This document shows, in pieces, positions 37,716 to 48,452 of a stretch of 64,000 bases of DNA (position 1 is the first letter of the stretch; the number at the start of each line of letters is the position of its first letter). The notes below the pieces were generated by a model. It was not told where the DNA came from. It saw only the letters and a list, made by a program, of their open reading frames with translations, and searched no databases. This DNA comes from a virus. Taxonomy: Duplodnaviria; Heunggongvirae; Uroviricota; Caudoviricetes. Made by a program: the position numbers and the translations under genes. The stretch lies in the IMG/VR virus record IMGVR_UViG_3300043436_004750. One strand, given 5' to 3'.

Positions 37716-38627
37716 ATGGGAGGAAACGTATTCGATAGTACTGCACCAATAAAAAAAGAACATATTAAACCAACTCTATTAGAGTTTTTTAAACAGTTCA
37801 AACAAATATTTCCAAAAGCAGAACCATTCTTTAGAGAGATGAAAACTCTAGGATCTGTAGGGAAAAAAGACTATTCAGGGGATATTGACCTAGCACTTGC
37901 CGGGTCATCCTTTAATAATATAAATGATTGGGGATTGGATGAGAAACACGTTCAAGACTTATTTACAGGATTTAAAAAAAGAGCTAGAACCTCTACAGAT
38001 GATCAGTTGATGAAAAGAGCAGTAATAGTTTCTGTAGCTCAAAAGATATTAGATGCTGATACAGAGATTATAGCAGATGTAAAAGGATCAGGAGCAGGAG
38101 CTTTATTCTTACTATTTCCTCAGTATGATGAAAATAACAAAGCAGTAGGTCAAAACGTTCAAATAGATGTAAATATAGGAGATGTTGATTGGTTAGAATT
38201 TGCATATTACTCAAATACATACTCAGGAAATGTAAAAGGACTCCACAGAACACAACTCATGCTAGCCATGTTCTCAAATAAAGGATATACCTTCTCACAT
38301 AACTACGGAGTAAAAGACAGGGATACTCAAGAAATTGTAGCAAATAATCCACAACAAGCCATAGAACTACTAAATAAAGAATACGGATTAAATCTAGATA
38401 AAGAGACATTAGGGGATTATTTTAAATTAAAAAAAACTCTAGAAGCAGGACTATCTCCTGAGGAATTAAACAGGATTTACGACATTTACTTAAAAATTCT
38501 AGATTCTACAAGAGCAGATATTCCAGAAGATCTTCAGTCATATTGGATTGAGAATCAAGAAAGACTGGGGTTGAAGGGAAAATTCCTTCCAGATAATTCA
38601 AATTTAATTAAATACCAAAATTTATAA
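37716..38627 (+). CDS. Pol-beta-superfamily nucleotidyltransferase (CD-NTase/MNT-like)
   Basis: LGSVGKKDYSGDIDLAL (GS-x9-DhDh) plus downstream IDVNIGDVD acidic residue; about 300 aa. Confidence 0.5.
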   Translation: MGGNVFDSTAPIKKEHIKPTLLEFFKQFKQIFPKAEPFFREMKTLGSVGKKDYSGDIDLALAGSSFNNINDWGLDEKHVQDLFTGFKKRARTSTDDQLMKRAVIVSVAQKILDADTEIIADVKGSGAGALFLLFPQYDENNKAVGQNVQIDVNIGDVDWLEFAYYSNTYSGNVKGLHRTQLMLAMFSNKGYTFSHNYGVKDRDTQEIVANNPQQAIELLNKEYGLNLDKETLGDYFKLKKTLEAGLSPEELNRIYDIYLKILDSTRADIPEDLQSYWIENQERLGLKGKFLPDNSNLIKYQNL

Positions 38628-38628
38628 T

Positions 38629-41334
38629 ATGTCGGGTGTAGCAGGGGGAGGTAGAATACAAAAACAGGATGTACAAGCTACATTCAATAAGTATGTAGAA
38701 GAAGTTCTAAGTAAAATACCTGGCTTTAAGAAAGCATCTCTATCGGGATCTGTTAAAGCAGGATCTAAGGCAGATTTTGGAGACTTAGACATTATTACAT
38801 GGTTTGAAGGAGATGATAAAAAAGAAGTAAAGCAGAGACTTATTGATACAATAACAAAGCTGCCAAATGATACAATTGTTCCTTTCAAATCAGAAAAATA
38901 TACCGGTAGAAGATACTACAACTCAGGAGAATTAATCTCAGTACTATATCCAATAGAAGGAAAACCAGATGAATTTATACAAGTAGATAATATAATTGCT
39001 CTTACAGAGGAAGAATCTGTGTTTAAAGGGTCATTCCTAGATCTACCTGCAGAAAAGCAGGGACTGATAATAGGGCTTGCAAAAGTAATACTCCTTGAAG
39101 AGAACCCAGAAGAGGTATTTAGGAGAATGGGTATTTTAAATCTACCTCCACTTCAAAAAGGAGAAGAATATGAATTTAACTTATCATCTGTAAAGCTATC
39201 TTTAAGAAAAGTAAAACTTGAAAACTTTAAAGAAGTAGCAAGAGAGGAAATATGGTCAACAACCAATTGGGGTACTATAAAAATACTTTTTAGAGGATTT
39301 AATATTGACGGATCTTTTGAAGACTTGTTAGACGATATCTCAAAAAGACTTACTAATCCTAGATCCAAGAATAGAGTAGCAGGAATATTCAAATCAATGG
39401 TATCTGTTAAATCAGGAGAAGTAGGAACACCTAAAGGAAAAGGTAAAGAAGACGCTTTAGAGAAAGTAGCTCAAACACTTTCAGAAGCCCTAGACGATCA
39501 AAGTATAACTGTAGCATTATATGCTGGAGGTTTTAAACCACCTCATAAAGCACATTATGAAAATGCTAAACTATTATCTCAAAATGCAGATAAATTAATT
39601 ATATTTATCGGATCAAAAGTAAGAGAAGGAGTAAAGATTACAGCTGAACAATCAAAAGCTATTTGGGAAGTGTATGCAAAATACTTAGCAACACCAGTTG
39701 AGATTGTAATAAGCCCGGTTACTCCTATTAAGGACATTTATGACTGGGTTGATCAAAACCAATCAGAAGTAGATAAGATTATAACAGGTACAATGGCTGA
39801 TGAGAAAGGAAAATTCTCATACTTTATTAAAAATAAAGACAAATATCCAAAAGTAGAATTAAGAGACCTACCAGTAATCGTTGCAAAAGAGGATGACAAA
39901 TTCTCAGCAACTGAAATAAGAAAATCAAAAGACTATATGGTATCAGGAAAATGGATTCCATCAATTATTTCAAAACAAGATAAGCAAGATATTATAGACA
40001 TTGTAACACCTCAAGAAGAACCTTCAATAGAAGATAAAATGGCAGATACAATTGATGAAGTATTTGCAAGCTTCTTTCCAGAGACTATTAAAAAGAAACA
40101 AATAAAAGAAGGAGCATCAGGAACACCGATAGCTGCATCATCAGCAATATCTTCAGAAGATAGAGCAGATCTTGTTAATCTGTATCAAGATCTAAGAAAA
40201 AGCATTGATACTCATAGATTCAATATCGATTTCCAACAGGATAGGATATACATAACAAGGGTGATGGATTCTCAAATAGGATGGGATTATACACCATACC
40301 AGGAAACAATTCCGGAGAATACTAAAGAAAAATTTAACTATACTCCATATATTGCTTCAATACTGGAGTATATGATAGATCAAGGGAAAAATATATTACC
40401 TCTTCCGGAAATAAAAATAAAAGAAGATGAACAAGAGGCTTCAAATTTCTTTGGAAAAACAGCATACTATAATCCAAATGAAAAAGAAGTAGTATTATAC
40501 ACTCTAGGAAGACATCCTAAAGATGTTTGCAGATCTTTTACCCATGAAATGATCCATCACATTCAGAATCTAGAAGGAAGACTAGGAGGAATCGGAACGA
40601 GTAATACTAATGAAGATGATTATCTTAGAGAAATAGAAAAAGAAGCTTACCTGGAAGGGAATATGTGCTTTAGAAATTGGGAAGATGGTTTAAAAAATAA
40701 AGAGGTTATGGCAGAAGGGAGATATGATAAAATAAGTAACCAAGCATCGTCTGACTTATTTAGAGGTTGGAAAGAAGCCTTTGATGCAGGAGAAAAAAGT
40801 ATAGGATTTGAGGAATCTTATTCAAATGGAGATGTAGAGTTTGACGTAGAAGGAACTCTAGTACTTGCACCCGGTACAGGTAAAATGGAAGTTTTAGACA
40901 GTACAGGAGCAGGGTTTGATGAAGATGGAGATTTTATTATAGCAAATATAGCCATTGATCCAGAATTATTACCAGAGTTTTGGGAAGAAATCTCAATGAC
41001 TTTAAAAGACCTTTTTAGACATGAAATTGAACACCTTACTCATAACAGAGGAGGTTTATCTTCGAACCCTGCAAAAACAATGCAAGGAGATTTAGCAAGA
41101 AGAGATAGAATGAGAGCAGGAGAATTATCTTTTGCAAATTATTTTAAGTTAAAAAAAGAAGTAGATGCAAATCTTCAAGGAATGTTATTTAGAGCTAAGA
41201 AGGAAAAAAGACCATTTGCAGATGTTGTGAATGATTATTTAGATGCTCAAGATATTACACCAAAAGAAAAGCAAGAAATATTAAAAATATGGCGTAAAAG
41301 AATGCCGGAATTAGGAATAAGACAATCACTATAA
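38629..41334 (+). CDS. multidomain protein: N-terminal Pol-beta NTase + NadD/NMNAT-like adenylyltransferase + two HExxH motifs
   Basis: LSGSVKAGSKADFGDLDII (NTase); ALYAGGFKPPHKAHY (HxGH-type) and SATEIR (SxTxIR) about 120 aa later; THEMIHH and RHEIEHLTH. Confidence 0.55.
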   Translation: MSGVAGGGRIQKQDVQATFNKYVEEVLSKIPGFKKASLSGSVKAGSKADFGDLDIITWFEGDDKKEVKQRLIDTITKLPNDTIVPFKSEKYTGRRYYNSGELISVLYPIEGKPDEFIQVDNIIALTEEESVFKGSFLDLPAEKQGLIIGLAKVILLEENPEEVFRRMGILNLPPLQKGEEYEFNLSSVKLSLRKVKLENFKEVAREEIWSTTNWGTIKILFRGFNIDGSFEDLLDDISKRLTNPRSKNRVAGIFKSMVSVKSGEVGTPKGKGKEDALEKVAQTLSEALDDQSITVALYAGGFKPPHKAHYENAKLLSQNADKLIIFIGSKVREGVKITAEQSKAIWEVYAKYLATPVEIVISPVTPIKDIYDWVDQNQSEVDKIITGTMADEKGKFSYFIKNKDKYPKVELRDLPVIVAKEDDKFSATEIRKSKDYMVSGKWIPSIISKQDKQDIIDIVTPQEEPSIEDKMADTIDEVFASFFPETIKKKQIKEGASGTPIAASSAISSEDRADLVNLYQDLRKSIDTHRFNIDFQQDRIYITRVMDSQIGWDYTPYQETIPENTKEKFNYTPYIASILEYMIDQGKNILPLPEIKIKEDEQEASNFFGKTAYYNPNEKEVVLYTLGRHPKDVCRSFTHEMIHHIQNLEGRLGGIGTSNTNEDDYLREIEKEAYLEGNMCFRNWEDGLKNKEVMAEGRYDKISNQASSDLFRGWKEAFDAGEKSIGFEESYSNGDVEFDVEGTLVLAPGTGKMEVLDSTGAGFDEDGDFIIANIAIDPELLPEFWEEISMTLKDLFRHEIEHLTHNRGGLSSNPAKTMQGDLARRDRMRAGELSFANYFKLKKEVDANLQGMLFRAKKEKRPFADVVNDYLDAQDITPKEKQEILKIWRKRMPELGIRQSL

Positions 41335-41346
41335 AATAAAAAGGTT

Positions 41347-41922
41347 ATGGGAAAATTAATAGACTTATTACTGACAGAAGAAGACTTTAATCCTCCCTAT
41401 CAGATATATTGTGATATGGATGGAGTATTAACAGATTTCGAAAAGAGATTTGTTGAGATGTTAAAATTAGAAGGTCCAAAGTACTATTCAAAAGAGGTTA
41501 TAAACCAAGTAACAAGACCTAAACACTTCGAAAAACTCGAAGGAGAAACAGAGTTTTGGAACTTCATTGATAATCATTTAGGATTAGAGTTCTGGTCAGG
41601 AATGAATTGGATGCCAAATGGGAAACAACTATGGTCCTTTATTCAACCATACAATCCAACCATACTTACATCTCCATCAAGACAAAACACATCAAGACTT
41701 GGAAAAAGAATGTGGATAAGGGAACATCTAATACCTGCCCCTCCTGTAGAATTTAGATTTGGAGCAAGTAAGTCGGATTTTGCAAATGAAAAAGCTATCT
41801 TAATTGATGATAGACCTTCCAACCTATCAGCATTTGCTGCAAAAGGAGGAATAGCTTTAGAGGTAAAAAATGGAGAAATACAATCGGTTATTAATAAATT
41901 AAAAGAATTAGGTTTTAAATAA
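41347..41922 (+). CDS. NT5C-type 5'(3')-deoxyribonucleotidase (HAD superfamily)
   Basis: IYCDMDGVLTDF (DxDGVL motif I) ... ILIDDR. Confidence 0.6.
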   Translation: MGKLIDLLLTEEDFNPPYQIYCDMDGVLTDFEKRFVEMLKLEGPKYYSKEVINQVTRPKHFEKLEGETEFWNFIDNHLGLEFWSGMNWMPNGKQLWSFIQPYNPTILTSPSRQNTSRLGKRMWIREHLIPAPPVEFRFGASKSDFANEKAILIDDRPSNLSAFAAKGGIALEVKNGEIQSVINKLKELGFK

Positions 41923-41923
41923 A

Positions 41924-42505
41924 ATGAAAGAGTCACTATTAAAAAAAGAGTTTAGGTCTGCCGATGTAAATAGAGCAAGAAACTTAATTACAAAAAACTT
42001 TTCAGGAAAGACAGTAGACGGTACAGGATATGAAAAAGCTTATACTGCTTATAAAGAAGGAGATATTTGGGAGGAGAGTGGAAGGACTTGGACTATTAAA
42101 AATGGAATAAGACAGAATGTTACAAAACTAGATGCTGCTAAAAAGGCATTACAAATACCTTTAAAATGTCCAAAATGTGGAGGTCCTATGAAACATAATC
42201 TTGCCCAGAAAATGTATAAAATACATGGGTTTTGTTTTGATCCTTGTACAGTTGAATATGAAGCTGAATTAAGGAGAGCAGGTCTGTATGAAAGTTATGA
42301 AAAAGCTATGATACAAGGAAGCTTAAAGGCTTTTATGAAAGACGTAGAAGGATTTATCTTAGATAGTATAAACTCCTCAGATACTTTTGTAACCGAACAA
42401 GGAGACATAGAGGATTGGAATAATAATACCTCTCAGAGAAATAAACAATTAACAGAAGGTTTAAAAGACTTCTTACAACACGCTAAAAAACATTTAGAAG
42501 ATTGA
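41924..42505 (+). CDS. zinc-ribbon protein
   Basis: CPKCGG...C..C; 193 aa. Confidence 0.5.
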   Translation: MKESLLKKEFRSADVNRARNLITKNFSGKTVDGTGYEKAYTAYKEGDIWEESGRTWTIKNGIRQNVTKLDAAKKALQIPLKCPKCGGPMKHNLAQKMYKIHGFCFDPCTVEYEAELRRAGLYESYEKAMIQGSLKAFMKDVEGFILDSINSSDTFVTEQGDIEDWNNNTSQRNKQLTEGLKDFLQHAKKHLED

Positions 42506-42533
42506 TGATATTTATTGTAAAAGATAAATTCTC

Positions 42534-42677
42534 ATGGCAAAAGTTAAAGCATCTTCTACGGTTACAAAAGTAGATAAACCAAAAGTATCAAGACCGGGTG
42601 TTCACGCTAAATCTAAAACATCTTCTTTAAAAAGTTCTAAGAACTACAAAAAACTGTACTGTGGACAAGGTAAATAA
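42534..42677 (+). CDS. small lysine-rich protein (47 aa)
   Basis: MAKVKASSTVTKVDKPKVSRPGVHAKSKTSSLKSSKNYKK...; below track cutoff. Confidence 0.25.
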   Translation: MAKVKASSTVTKVDKPKVSRPGVHAKSKTSSLKSSKNYKKLYCGQGK

Positions 42678-43530
42678 GTCCTATATAGAAAAGATAATAA
42701 AAGAAATACTGTCTGAAGAAAAAGCAGATAGATGTCTCCGTATTGCTAGACAGAAGTATGATAAGCCATCAGCATATAGATCAGGAGCTATTGTGAGATG
42801 TAGAAAAGGAGATATCTGGAAAGATCTAAAAGAAGAAACTTTAAATACCGATATAGCTAAGCAAAAAATTGACCAGTTACCCCAAGGTAGGTTATTCGAT
42901 GATGCTAAAAATATAGAAAGTATTTTTAAAAAAAGTCAACATAATTGGAGTAACGTAATAGAGTTGTTTGAAAAAAACAAGGATAAAAGCACACTACAGT
43001 ATGTGAATATTAAGGACATTTATATTACTCAACCTAATATTCAAGCTAATAAAGTAAAAAACATGCTTGATAAATTAGGTAAAGCAGGTAACATAAATGT
43101 TGTTGAATTTAAAAATGGTGAAAAGGTAATATATGATGGACACCATAGGCTTGTTGCAAATTGGGCTTTAGAAAACTCAAAAATCAAAGCTAACGTAGTA
43201 CAACTCGGTCAATACGAAGATAACATGAAAGAAGCTGACGATCCTCAAGCAGGTAAAGCTGCTCCCTATGGGTCTGGATATGCTAAAGTAAAACAAGCAA
43301 TACAGGAACTATTACAAGAAGATGAAAGTCTTCATAAATGGTTTTCAAGAAAAGGAGCAAAAGGAAAAGCAAAAGGATGGGTTGATTGTAACGCTCCTGA
43401 TGGAAAAGGAGGATATAAATCCTGCGGAAGACAAGAAGGAGAAAAAAGATCTAAATACCCAGCATGCAGACCAACACCCTCTCAATGTAAAACAAAAGGA
43501 AAAGAAAAAACCTGGGGTAAAACAAAATAA
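42661..43530 (+). CDS. ParB-like nuclease domain protein with Lys/Gly-rich tail
   Basis: YITQPNI...VIYDGHHRLVA (ParB/Srx DGHHR motif); GTG start in track, true start uncertain. Confidence 0.5.
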   Translation: MDKVNKSYIEKIIKEILSEEKADRCLRIARQKYDKPSAYRSGAIVRCRKGDIWKDLKEETLNTDIAKQKIDQLPQGRLFDDAKNIESIFKKSQHNWSNVIELFEKNKDKSTLQYVNIKDIYITQPNIQANKVKNMLDKLGKAGNINVVEFKNGEKVIYDGHHRLVANWALENSKIKANVVQLGQYEDNMKEADDPQAGKAAPYGSGYAKVKQAIQELLQEDESLHKWFSRKGAKGKAKGWVDCNAPDGKGGYKSCGRQEGEKRSKYPACRPTPSQCKTKGKEKTWGKTK

Positions 43531-43532
43531 AT

Positions 43533-43847
43533 ATGAGACTACTAGAACTATTGAGAGAAGCCAAAGAAGTTTTTGAAGACTTTGCAAAAACAAGAGGAGA
43601 AGGAGCAGCTAAAATTGCAAGTAACGCTCAAGAAAAAGGAGGATTAGCTCTTTTGACTTGGCATCACTTTAAAGTAAAAGCTCCATACTACAAGAAAGCC
43701 GTTGAAGGAAAGCTTGATATGGAGAAAGCTGAAAAAGAGTTCGAAGAAACTTATAAAAAAATCTCTTTAGATATGTCTCAAATAGAATTCCAAAGAGAGG
43801 TAGGAAGACTAGAAGTATTAGGAGAGCTTCTTATAAGAAATAAATAA
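43533..43847 (+). CDS. hypothetical protein
   Basis: 104 aa. Confidence 0.5.
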   Translation: MRLLELLREAKEVFEDFAKTRGEGAAKIASNAQEKGGLALLTWHHFKVKAPYYKKAVEGKLDMEKAEKEFEETYKKISLDMSQIEFQREVGRLEVLGELLIRNK

Positions 43848-44491
43848 TGGCAGAACTAAATACATCAATACCGCACTTCTATGCCAAGATGAGAATTGAA
43901 CACCTCTACCAACATGACGGAAGAAAAGGTATGCAAGATGTAATTGTATTTGGTGTACAGTCTGTAGGAGGAAGAGCACTTACCTTTCATATAATGACTG
44001 ATGAAGGAGCTGTTAGATCAAGAGTTCCAATTCATATGCTTGCTTGGAAGGATGATGCCCCTAAAATGGCTTTAGATCATCTACAGTTATGGGATTGTTT
44101 TGGATATGAAGTATCATGTACAGTATACGATTACTTACTCCAATCAAGAGTGAAAGCAATATTTAAAGACGGAAGTAAGGAGTGGGGGAACTATGCTATG
44201 ACCTTTGATTGGTATAACAATCCATATTCTAACGAACCAACCCAATATAAAGCAGCTCATCTAATCAAATTAGATAATGGAAACTTTACACTCCAACCTA
44301 ACAATAGATTAATGTGGAGAGATATGTCCTTTGTAACTCAACCATTCCCTGATAAACCAGACTGGATGATTGATAATAAAGAATGGTTCTGTGAATCAGT
44401 TTCAGATAAATGGACAATGGAGAAGGGTAACGAGAATATTTACTACTATACTTTAGAGAATGAAAAAAAAGGAACTAAGAAAGATAATTAA
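43847..44491 (+). CDS. hypothetical protein
   Basis: 214 aa. Confidence 0.55.
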   Translation: MAELNTSIPHFYAKMRIEHLYQHDGRKGMQDVIVFGVQSVGGRALTFHIMTDEGAVRSRVPIHMLAWKDDAPKMALDHLQLWDCFGYEVSCTVYDYLLQSRVKAIFKDGSKEWGNYAMTFDWYNNPYSNEPTQYKAAHLIKLDNGNFTLQPNNRLMWRDMSFVTQPFPDKPDWMIDNKEWFCESVSDKWTMEKGNENIYYYTLENEKKGTKKDN

Positions 44492-44888
44492 AGAAGCTTT
44501 AGATGCATCTACTACAGCTCCTAATGAATTACCAGGAGGACTTGCCCAACACGCCACTATTGGAGATTTAGCTGAAATGCATAAACTACCTATCAGCCAA
44601 ATCATAAAGCAAATAATTAAAGGAGTAAAAACAGAATCTGAACATACAACAGATTTAGGTATTGCTATGGAAATAGCCTTTGACCATGTTTACGAAAATC
44701 CAACCTATTACGATGATTTATCAAAAATAGAAGAAGGAGAACATGATCCTGTAGAACCCGGTATATTAAAAAAAAGACTAGGAAAGCTTTCATGTTCAAA
44801 AGTACGACAAGAAAGAGGTAAACTAAAAGACAAAGGAACACACTATGCAAAAGCATTACAGAGATACTTAAATTACCACTGTCAGTAA
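44460..44888 (+). CDS. hypothetical protein
   Basis: 142 aa. Confidence 0.45.
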   Translation: MKKKELRKIIKEALDASTTAPNELPGGLAQHATIGDLAEMHKLPISQIIKQIIKGVKTESEHTTDLGIAMEIAFDHVYENPTYYDDLSKIEEGEHDPVEPGILKKRLGKLSCSKVRQERGKLKDKGTHYAKALQRYLNYHCQ

Positions 44889-44948
44889 AAAATCTTACTA
44901 TTTATTTGTATATATGAATGTAATTACTTATCTTTAGATAATCAAAAT

Positions 44949-46112
44949 ATGAAAAAATTAATGAAATTAGTAGAAGAAAAAGGATCTGTAGAATTAAAAA
45001 AAGGAACATCAGATTCTGAGATCAAAAAATATACATCAAAAGGAATTAATGTACAATTAATAGACCCCAGTACAGAGAAACTAGCAGAAGAAACACGTAA
45101 ATACACTACCCAAGAATCTCAAGCTGTAGGAAAAGAAGTAGCTAAATCATTAATTAAGGTATTGAGAGCTCAAGGAGATGAGTTAAAAAATATCAAACTA
45201 ACTGGAATTGGAGTTAATAAATTTAACATTCATGTTGAATACAGTCAAGAGAAGGGTCAAGATACTTTCAGATTCACACTAAATCCAGAAACAACATCAA
45301 TTCACTTAGATTTAGGAAATGAAGATATGCAATTATCAGACTTTATTATTACTCAAGGAAATGAAGTATCTATCCCGACACCAGAACTAGAAGATAAATT
45401 ATCAGATGCAATGGTGAAATATGTATCTGGACCATCTGATGAAGAGTATGATGATATGGCAGCAATGCAAACACCAACAGATCCTTCACAACTTGCAAGA
45501 GAATTAAACGAAAATATGAATCCAGAACTTACAAAATATGTAAATAGGTTTGTAGGAGGACTGGCAAGTAAGTATGACTATTCAACTCAAGATGCAGTCT
45601 ATGCAATAATGAGTGTACTGAGATCACAAGGATTCAAAGGAGTAAATGAAGATTTAACTGAAAAAAAACTTGAAGATTTAACAGGAGATGGTAAAATAAC
45701 TAGAGCAGATGTTTTAAAAGGTAGAGGAGTTGAACTTAAAAATGAAGACCTAGATGTAGGTCATCAAGACGATGAACCGGCCATGTTAAAAAAAGATGTA
45801 TATAGAATTGCTAAAATGGCTTCAATGCTTTACAAGCAATTACACCAATACGATCAAATACCAGGAGAAGTAGATTTTCCTCATTGGTGGCAAGCAAAAA
45901 TAATTAAAGCATATGATTATTTACAAAGTGCTTATGGGTATTTAGACGGAGAAGAAAAAACAAATCAAATAGACAATACGGTTGTTACTACAATGGCTTT
46001 AAATGAAAAGAAAGGTACATGCTGTCATAAATGTGGACATACTCATGTAAAAGGAACAGCACACCCTACCCCTTATAATACAGGAAAAAGCAACTGCAAA
46101 TACAGAGACTAA
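44949..46112 (+). CDS. hypothetical protein with C-terminal Cys/His cluster
   Basis: 387 aa; CCHKCGHTH. Confidence 0.55.
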   Translation: MKKLMKLVEEKGSVELKKGTSDSEIKKYTSKGINVQLIDPSTEKLAEETRKYTTQESQAVGKEVAKSLIKVLRAQGDELKNIKLTGIGVNKFNIHVEYSQEKGQDTFRFTLNPETTSIHLDLGNEDMQLSDFIITQGNEVSIPTPELEDKLSDAMVKYVSGPSDEEYDDMAAMQTPTDPSQLARELNENMNPELTKYVNRFVGGLASKYDYSTQDAVYAIMSVLRSQGFKGVNEDLTEKKLEDLTGDGKITRADVLKGRGVELKNEDLDVGHQDDEPAMLKKDVYRIAKMASMLYKQLHQYDQIPGEVDFPHWWQAKIIKAYDYLQSAYGYLDGEEKTNQIDNTVVTTMALNEKKGTCCHKCGHTHVKGTAHPTPYNTGKSNCKYRD

Positions 46113-46648
46113 TGAAAAAATCAGACTTAAAGAACCTAATAATAGAAGCATACGTAGAAGTATTAAGAGAAGCAGAAGTACCTGCTTTGAAGACATCTAC
46201 TCAAGAAATATTAGGAAAATTTCCAACAGTAAAGAAAGCACTAGTATCCCTATTCACACATGAGTTTAATGAATTCGTAGAAGATGTAAAATGGACAGTT
46301 CCTAAACCATCCACTTTTATGATTGTTCTTAAAAATGGACAATCCTTTGATTTAAAATGGACAGGAAAGGGATTTGAAGCTACTGTAGAGGGTAAAAGGT
46401 ACTTCCTAAACAATGTATCAGATTACCAACAAGCACTTGATAGTCTTAATAGAATACTTAAAGATGGGCCTATCACTCAAGGAGAGGAACCAGGAGGAGA
46501 AGACTTTGCAACAGAACCACTAACTGGAAGCGGAGGTAGTGGAAACTTCCCAGGAGGTGAAGCAGGAGGAGCTGAAGAAGCACCGGCTGAACCAGGAGCT
46601 GACGAATTTGGAGGAGAAGCAGAAGAAGAAACACCAGAAGCATTATAA
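46112..46648 (+). CDS. hypothetical protein, acidic Gly-rich tail
   Basis: 178 aa. Confidence 0.5.
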   Translation: MKKSDLKNLIIEAYVEVLREAEVPALKTSTQEILGKFPTVKKALVSLFTHEFNEFVEDVKWTVPKPSTFMIVLKNGQSFDLKWTGKGFEATVEGKRYFLNNVSDYQQALDSLNRILKDGPITQGEEPGGEDFATEPLTGSGGSGNFPGGEAGGAEEAPAEPGADEFGGEAEEETPEAL

Positions 46649-46658
46649 AATAAGTTAT

Positions 46659-47657
46659 ATGAACGTAGTAGATAAAGTACTAACAGAATGGGCGTATCGC
46701 TGTAAGAAAGGATACCCAGATATGAATAATCCTGACGATATGAAAATATTGAAAGAGATTTATTCTGAGTATGGAATTGTTACAGAAGAAAAGAAAGAAA
46801 AAGTTACAGATAAAGGGAATAAGAGTAATGCAACAGATGTAGAAGTAACCTACTTAAGAGAAGTGTTTAATTCAATAAAAGAAGATTATGCAAAATACTT
46901 AAAAGTATTTATGTTATTTGATCCAAACTCATTAGGAACAATCTCGGAAGTATTATTAACTAAGTTATTAGCTGAACAAGGAATTGAAACTCAACATACA
47001 GGAGGAGCACAAGGATTAACAGACCTCATCGTCAACGGATATAATATAAGCCTAAAAACAACCTCAGGAGATACTAAAATAGGATTAGGATCAGAGAAAG
47101 AGGTAATGGACAGTAGAGCAGTAGAACTTGCCAACCACTTTAAAGCCCATCCAGAACTAAGTACAGTAACTGTAGGAGAATTAAGTACTTTAGAGAATGC
47201 AAAAAAATACTACCCAGACATAATTGCAAGAATAGATGCTGTTGCTAAAAAACTAGCAGGACCAGGTAATAATGAATTCTTTGTTTGGGTAGAAAAAACA
47301 GTAGATAAAAAGACAGGGTTATTACAGAGAATTACAATACATACACTAAAGTACGATTATAGTGAAATTATGAACACCTTTAAACAAGGTAGAATAATTC
47401 CTACAAAAGGAGCTGGAAGTAAATCAGGGTGGAACTTGGTAGACAATGAAGGTAATCCACTAATAGTAGCTGATATAAAATCTAAGTACCTTAATATATC
47501 CCCAAGCTTCATTAGAAGAAGTACAGGGGAAGATATAGTATCGGTAGAATTTCCAACAATAGAACAAAATAAAGTAGGAATGAGTAAGCTGGTATCAAAA
47601 GGTATGTTCGATGCATTAGATAACATATATACACAGATATACGGAAGCGGTAACTAA
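46659..47657 (+). CDS. hypothetical protein
   Basis: Internal ATG (MNVVDKV) of track ORF 46539..47657 avoids overlap. Confidence 0.5.
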   Translation: MNVVDKVLTEWAYRCKKGYPDMNNPDDMKILKEIYSEYGIVTEEKKEKVTDKGNKSNATDVEVTYLREVFNSIKEDYAKYLKVFMLFDPNSLGTISEVLLTKLLAEQGIETQHTGGAQGLTDLIVNGYNISLKTTSGDTKIGLGSEKEVMDSRAVELANHFKAHPELSTVTVGELSTLENAKKYYPDIIARIDAVAKKLAGPGNNEFFVWVEKTVDKKTGLLQRITIHTLKYDYSEIMNTFKQGRIIPTKGAGSKSGWNLVDNEGNPLIVADIKSKYLNISPSFIRRSTGEDIVSVEFPTIEQNKVGMSKLVSKGMFDALDNIYTQIYGSGN

Positions 47658-47693
47658 AACTTAAACTATTTATAAACAAAAACATAAAACACA

Positions 47694-48452
47694 ATGGCAG
47701 ATAATTTTAATTTAAGACAATTCTTAACAGAGAATAAACTTACAAAAAACGCAAAGCTTTTAAAAGAAGAAGTTTCTTTAAACGGAAAACCAGTAAACAT
47801 GCAATCAATCGAGATTGACGGAATAGAAAGAGATGACTTTCCAGACTTTGTAGATGCATATATTACTTATGCCGAGTATGAGGACGGTACTCCATTATCA
47901 GATGAAGAGTTAATGAGCTTGGAAGATGAGAATTATGGACTAACAGGAGAATTAATACACGACAGGCAGCTTTACCTAGAAGCAAAAAAACAAGCATCTA
48001 GCGGGGATATGGCTTATACCGAAAAAGCTGAAGAAGGAGTAAATGAAAACACACTAACTACTAAAGAAAGACGTTTAGTTGAAATGGTTCAGAATGCTTT
48101 AGGAATAGTTCCTCAAGCTGTAGCAGAAGAAGCTCCAATGGCAGAAGACGAAATGGTTCAAGAAAATCCACTTCCAAAATACAAAAATATTGATGAGTTA
48201 ATGTCAAACATCGAGTACGGTACAAACGAAGCAGCTCATAAATATAAAATGGAAAGAATGAAAGAAGTAGCTGAGGCTTTAGAAGCTAAAGTATCATCTT
48301 TAGAAGAAGGAGAAAATGCTGAGCATATTGACCAAAAAGCTGTTAAACAAATGCGTAAAGATATTTTAGCATTAAGAAAAGGAGAAGAGAAACTAAGAAA
48401 AGAATTCGAAAAGAAATTCGCAGCAAAAAAAGAAAAGAAAGAAGATAAGTAA
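47694..48452 (+). CDS. acidic protein, paralog 1 (shared N-terminus)
   Basis: MADNFNLRQFLTENKLTKNAKLLKEE. Confidence 0.55.
   Translation: MADNFNLRQFLTENKLTKNAKLLKEEVSLNGKPVNMQSIEIDGIERDDFPDFVDAYITYAEYEDGTPLSDEELMSLEDENYGLTGELIHDRQLYLEAKKQASSGDMAYTEKAEEGVNENTLTTKERRLVEMVQNALGIVPQAVAEEAPMAEDEMVQENPLPKYKNIDELMSNIEYGTNEAAHKYKMERMKEVAEALEAKVSSLEEGENAEHIDQKAVKQMRKDILALRKGEEKLRKEFEKKFAAKKEKKEDK

Noticed and set aside
43322-43576. 84-aa + strand ORF overlapping the 3' end of the ParB-like gene
   Set aside because: It is an alternative frame of the lysine-rich tail region (poly-K/E codon artefact) and has no start context of its own.
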